Positions 60,777-64,000 of a stretch of 64,000 nucleotides of DNA are shown here, one piece after another. The DNA comes from Azolla caroliniana. Its lineage: Eukaryota > Plantae > Polypodiophyta. Below the pieces are notes generated by a model, which saw nothing but the letters and a program-made list of their open reading frames with translations, searched no databases and was not told where the DNA came from. The position numbers were made by a program, and so were the translations under genes. Position 1 is the stretch's first letter. Each line of letters begins with the position of its first letter. The stretch is from the NCBI GenBank assembly GCA_043228905.1, contig JBHGNT010000014.1:2294001-2358000 (forward strand). Reading direction: 5' to 3'.

Positions 60777-63700
60777 TTGAGCTTGAATAAGTGATGAAAA
60801 AACCAAAGCTTTTATCACAAGTTGATACAATGTATCAAATTGATGTTTAAAAAATAAAACAAAATCAATAAAAAACTATAAAAAATTGAAAAAAATTGAA
60901 ACAAAATTGAAAACAATTAGAAAAAATTACTTTAAGCATGAACTCAATACATTATATCGAATTGTGATGAAAATTATAAATTTTCTAGATGAACTCAAGC
61001 ACAATTTATTATTATTATTATTTTTTAAATCTAGTAAAAAAAACTTTGAGCAATAATTCAATACATTGTATGGAATTATGATGAAAACTCTATTTTTTAC
61101 ATCAACTCGATATAACATATCGACTTAATGTTTAAAATCTTGTTGTTTTTAAGATAAAAGAGGTTTTTTAAACATGAACTTGAATCGTACTAAAATCTTT
61201 GTTTTTACAAGAGAAAAAGATGCATATCGATAGTGCAAACAAGTATGTTGTACAATAAGATACTTTATGGTAAACATGTGCATCATTGATTAACAAAAAA
61301 CTATTAATAATTGTGTTGATGGTAATTGAACCTTGCAAATGCCATTTACACGGTCCATAAAGTGTTCGTGTGGTTCTCAATCACTACTTAATGTTGATCT
61401 TTATAGTTGGAACGAATGATGACAACACAAGCATAACTCAGGTGACAAGGAAACTTGCAAGAAGTCAAGGTGAGTATATTAATAGCTACACATGTAGATG
61501 GCCATGACCTAGGGTACCAATTCTGCATTGGTAAAGTTTTGGACGTGATGATGCATAAAACCTTTGTAATACATCTATCATTGACATTAATGAGGTGGAT
61601 ATCATTATGTATGACTTTACACAAATAAAAGTTGGATGTATAAGGACAACAATGATATGCATAATAAAAGAGATATTAGCAAGTCTAGAAGATATCTCAG
61701 ATTGAAGACGAAGAAGATTTATTGCACAAAATTTGGAGATACCATTTGGTGAAGACAATGATTTGATTGGTACATTAGAAGATGAGGAGGAAGAGTCACA
61801 ATTGTATATTATCTATAGTAGTGATTATCATGAAAAGAATGATGATAGTCATGCAAATAACTCCCAAATGTATTTGTTGTGCAACTATATGTAACAAATT
61901 TAGACAACATTTTATCGAATGGAATAAAAACGTTCATTGTTTTGAAATATTCTACTTTGATTTCTTTAAGATCTAAAAACTTATTAGTTGTCATTTTTCT
62001 TTAAAAATCCACAAAGTTACTTTTCATATTTTACCCAAATTTGGCATTTTTCAATTTTACCAAATGGTGAAATTTTCAACTTTTTCATCAAGTTTTGGAG
62101 AACATGTGATACTAGTATCAAGATGTTTTGTGAAATGGCAAAAAAATCCCCAAAATCAAACAGAATATTCCTTATCCTTCCACTTGTGCGCGATCCTTCC
62201 ACTTGTGAACGCAAACGTGTTACATATGGATTCCGCACTATGCACATATTGCGGACCCACTCTATCACTTATTGCAGAAGGGGAAGAAGTTCGAATGGAA
62301 ACCGGAACACACCAAAGCCATGAAGAAGCTCAAGAAAACACTACGGAGAGCTAAAGCACTTAAGAAGCCGAGCTATGAGCGACCAATCATAGTAACGGTT
62401 GATACAAGTCCAACCGAGATCAAATGGGTCATCAATCAAGCCGACTTGGATGGTTTGTGATATCCGATCCGATTCAGAGCAAAGGTTCTCAACTAAAGGC
62501 AACGCGGATATGCACAAGTCAAAAGAGAATTATGGGGAGTCGTGTCGGTAATAAAATCGGATTGAGATTATTTGATCGGAGCCAAAGTAGTGATCGAAAC
62601 GGATTGTCTTCCGAGACTCAGGATGATGTGGTGTTGCACGATACCGGATGTGGCTATGCTAAGATGGATTGCATATGTTAAGTCGCTTAACCCAGACGTA
62701 AGACACATCTCTGAAAAAGACAACGCGGTAGCGGATATGCTATCAAGGGCTCGGTTCAGAGACGACATAGCCGAATCCGATAATGAAGAAGTTTCTGAAG
62801 ACTACTTAACATATGCCGAGTATATGTAATCCGAGAATTCCAAGAAGAAGAATATGAGGGAGAAAGCTTGATAATTGGGAAGGTGCTACAAGAGTTTGAG
62901 GAATCATTGGACGATAAAGAGAAGAGGGCTGAGATCCGAAGGAAGAAGACGCAAGTCCAAAAGTTCTTCTTGAAAAATGGATTAATATGGAGGGAGCCGA
63001 AAATACCAGATGGCATACCACTTTGGGTAGCCAGGACGAAAGTGCAACGAAACCAGATAATGTCCGAGTGTCACAAATCCGATTGGGCTGGACATCGAGG
63101 AACATGGGCAACTTTTGTGAAAATCAAACAAAAATATTGGTGGAACAATATGCACAAAGATATAGCGGAGTTGACGGAAAGCTGCGGGAAGTGTCAAATC
63201 TACTCCGGAGTTCGACACCGAGATGAGTTACATCCGACATTCTCACCGACAATTAACTTCAAATGGATGGTCGACATTGTAGCCATGCCAACCGGGATTG
63301 GACAAAAGAAGTACTTGGTGTTAGCTCAGGAAGATCTCACAAATCAAGTAGAAGGTTGGGCGCTACGAAGGAAAATGTGTTCTGCGGTATGCCAATTTCT
63401 TTTGGAGGAGGTGTTTTGCAGGTACGGATGCGTAGGACAAGTGATTGCGGATCGGGGAGAACTCGACTCTGATAAAGCTAGGGAATTCTTTCCCAAACAT
63501 GGATTTCGGTTAACACTAATAACCGCATACAATCCGGAGGCCAACAAGAAAATCGAACGAGGACATAGTCCAATCGTCAAAGCACTTGCCAAAGCATGCG
63601 ACAGAAGGGTGAAGGATTGGCCGTAGATGCTCCCGTATGCACTATGGGCGGATCGGACGACGCATAGCTCCGTAACCGGTTATATGCCGACAGAACTTAT

Positions 63701-64000
63701 GACCGAACAAGCACCAGTAATGCCGACGGAAACCGCGATCGCTACATGGACAATGCTACCGTGGAAGGAACAGATGAGCCGGGAAGAACTACTAGCGGTC
63801 CGGATACGACAACTAGAGGGAAGACCGGAAGACATAGCAGAAGCAACTCGCCGACAACAAGAAGCATGATTCCGGAACAAAAGCCGGTTCGACACAAAGC
63901 ACCGACTACGACCATGAAAGATTGAAGAAGGAGATTGGGTGATTGTCTATGACAATAGTTTGGATCATCAACATACAACGATACGGGAGTTCGCCAGAAG

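Larger units (their letters stand above)
57750..61349. repeat. Long internal inverted repeat, arms 57750-58292 and 60777-61349
   Basis: GTAAATGGCATTTGCAAAGTTCAATTACCATCAACACAATT is mirrored at about 61309-61349; diverged but collinear. Confidence 0.88.
57131..62221. mobile_element. Non-autonomous TIR DNA transposon, Sola-like (4-bp TSD)
   Basis: 35-bp TIRs (57131-57165, 62187-62221; 32/35 match); TSD ACAT; removal restores the Gypsy RT frame FLGACAFYHI-WIPHYAH. Confidence 0.9.
52548..64000 (+). mobile_element. Ty3/Gypsy element G3 (continues beyond window), decayed, with two nested insertions
   Basis: 328-bp 5' LTR 52548-52875, PBS-Trp 52880-52897, gag to 54179, protease 54282-54956, RT 56141-57130 (DLYSGYDQ, LPQG, FLDD), RNase H from about 62380, integrase 62868 onward (HHCC, DDE). 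Confidence 0.94.

Noticed and set aside
57130-62222. TA TSD (Tc1/mariner) reading of the TIR element
   Set aside because: Would leave 4 extra bases in the host RT; only the ACAT duplication restores the frame
1-64000. Calling the region a centromere or naming specific species TE families
   Set aside because: Dense nesting alone is insufficient; this needs library comparison and CENH3 data

Overview
Gene-free, heterochromatin-like plant window made almost entirely of nested LTR retrotransposons. A moss such as Physcomitrium is inferred from the element types but not verified. It holds two young, intact Ty1/Copia copies (5579-11080 minus, 41773-47156 plus; each with a 1357-aa gag-pol, near-identical LTRs and a 5-bp TSD), two decayed relatives, and several older Copia fragments. 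It also holds tRNA-Trp-primed Ty3/Gypsy elements and several solo LTRs, a decayed FCP1/NIF-phosphatase-like pseudogene and two orphan ORFs. The most unusual object is a 5.1-kb DNA transposon (57131-62221; 35-bp TIRs, 4-bp TSD, Sola-like) inserted in a Gypsy RT. Between long internal inverted repeats it carries seven ~333-bp units, each with a tRNA-like Pol III A/B-box module, interspersed with oligo-T runs and perfect palindromes. Other highlights: tRNA-like modules inside Gypsy-type LTRs, a conserved -1 frameshift signal after the Gypsy protease, a gag swap within the Copia family, CG-centred Gypsy target sites, and CCGG-rich LTR repeats in several families. All alignments were done by eye.
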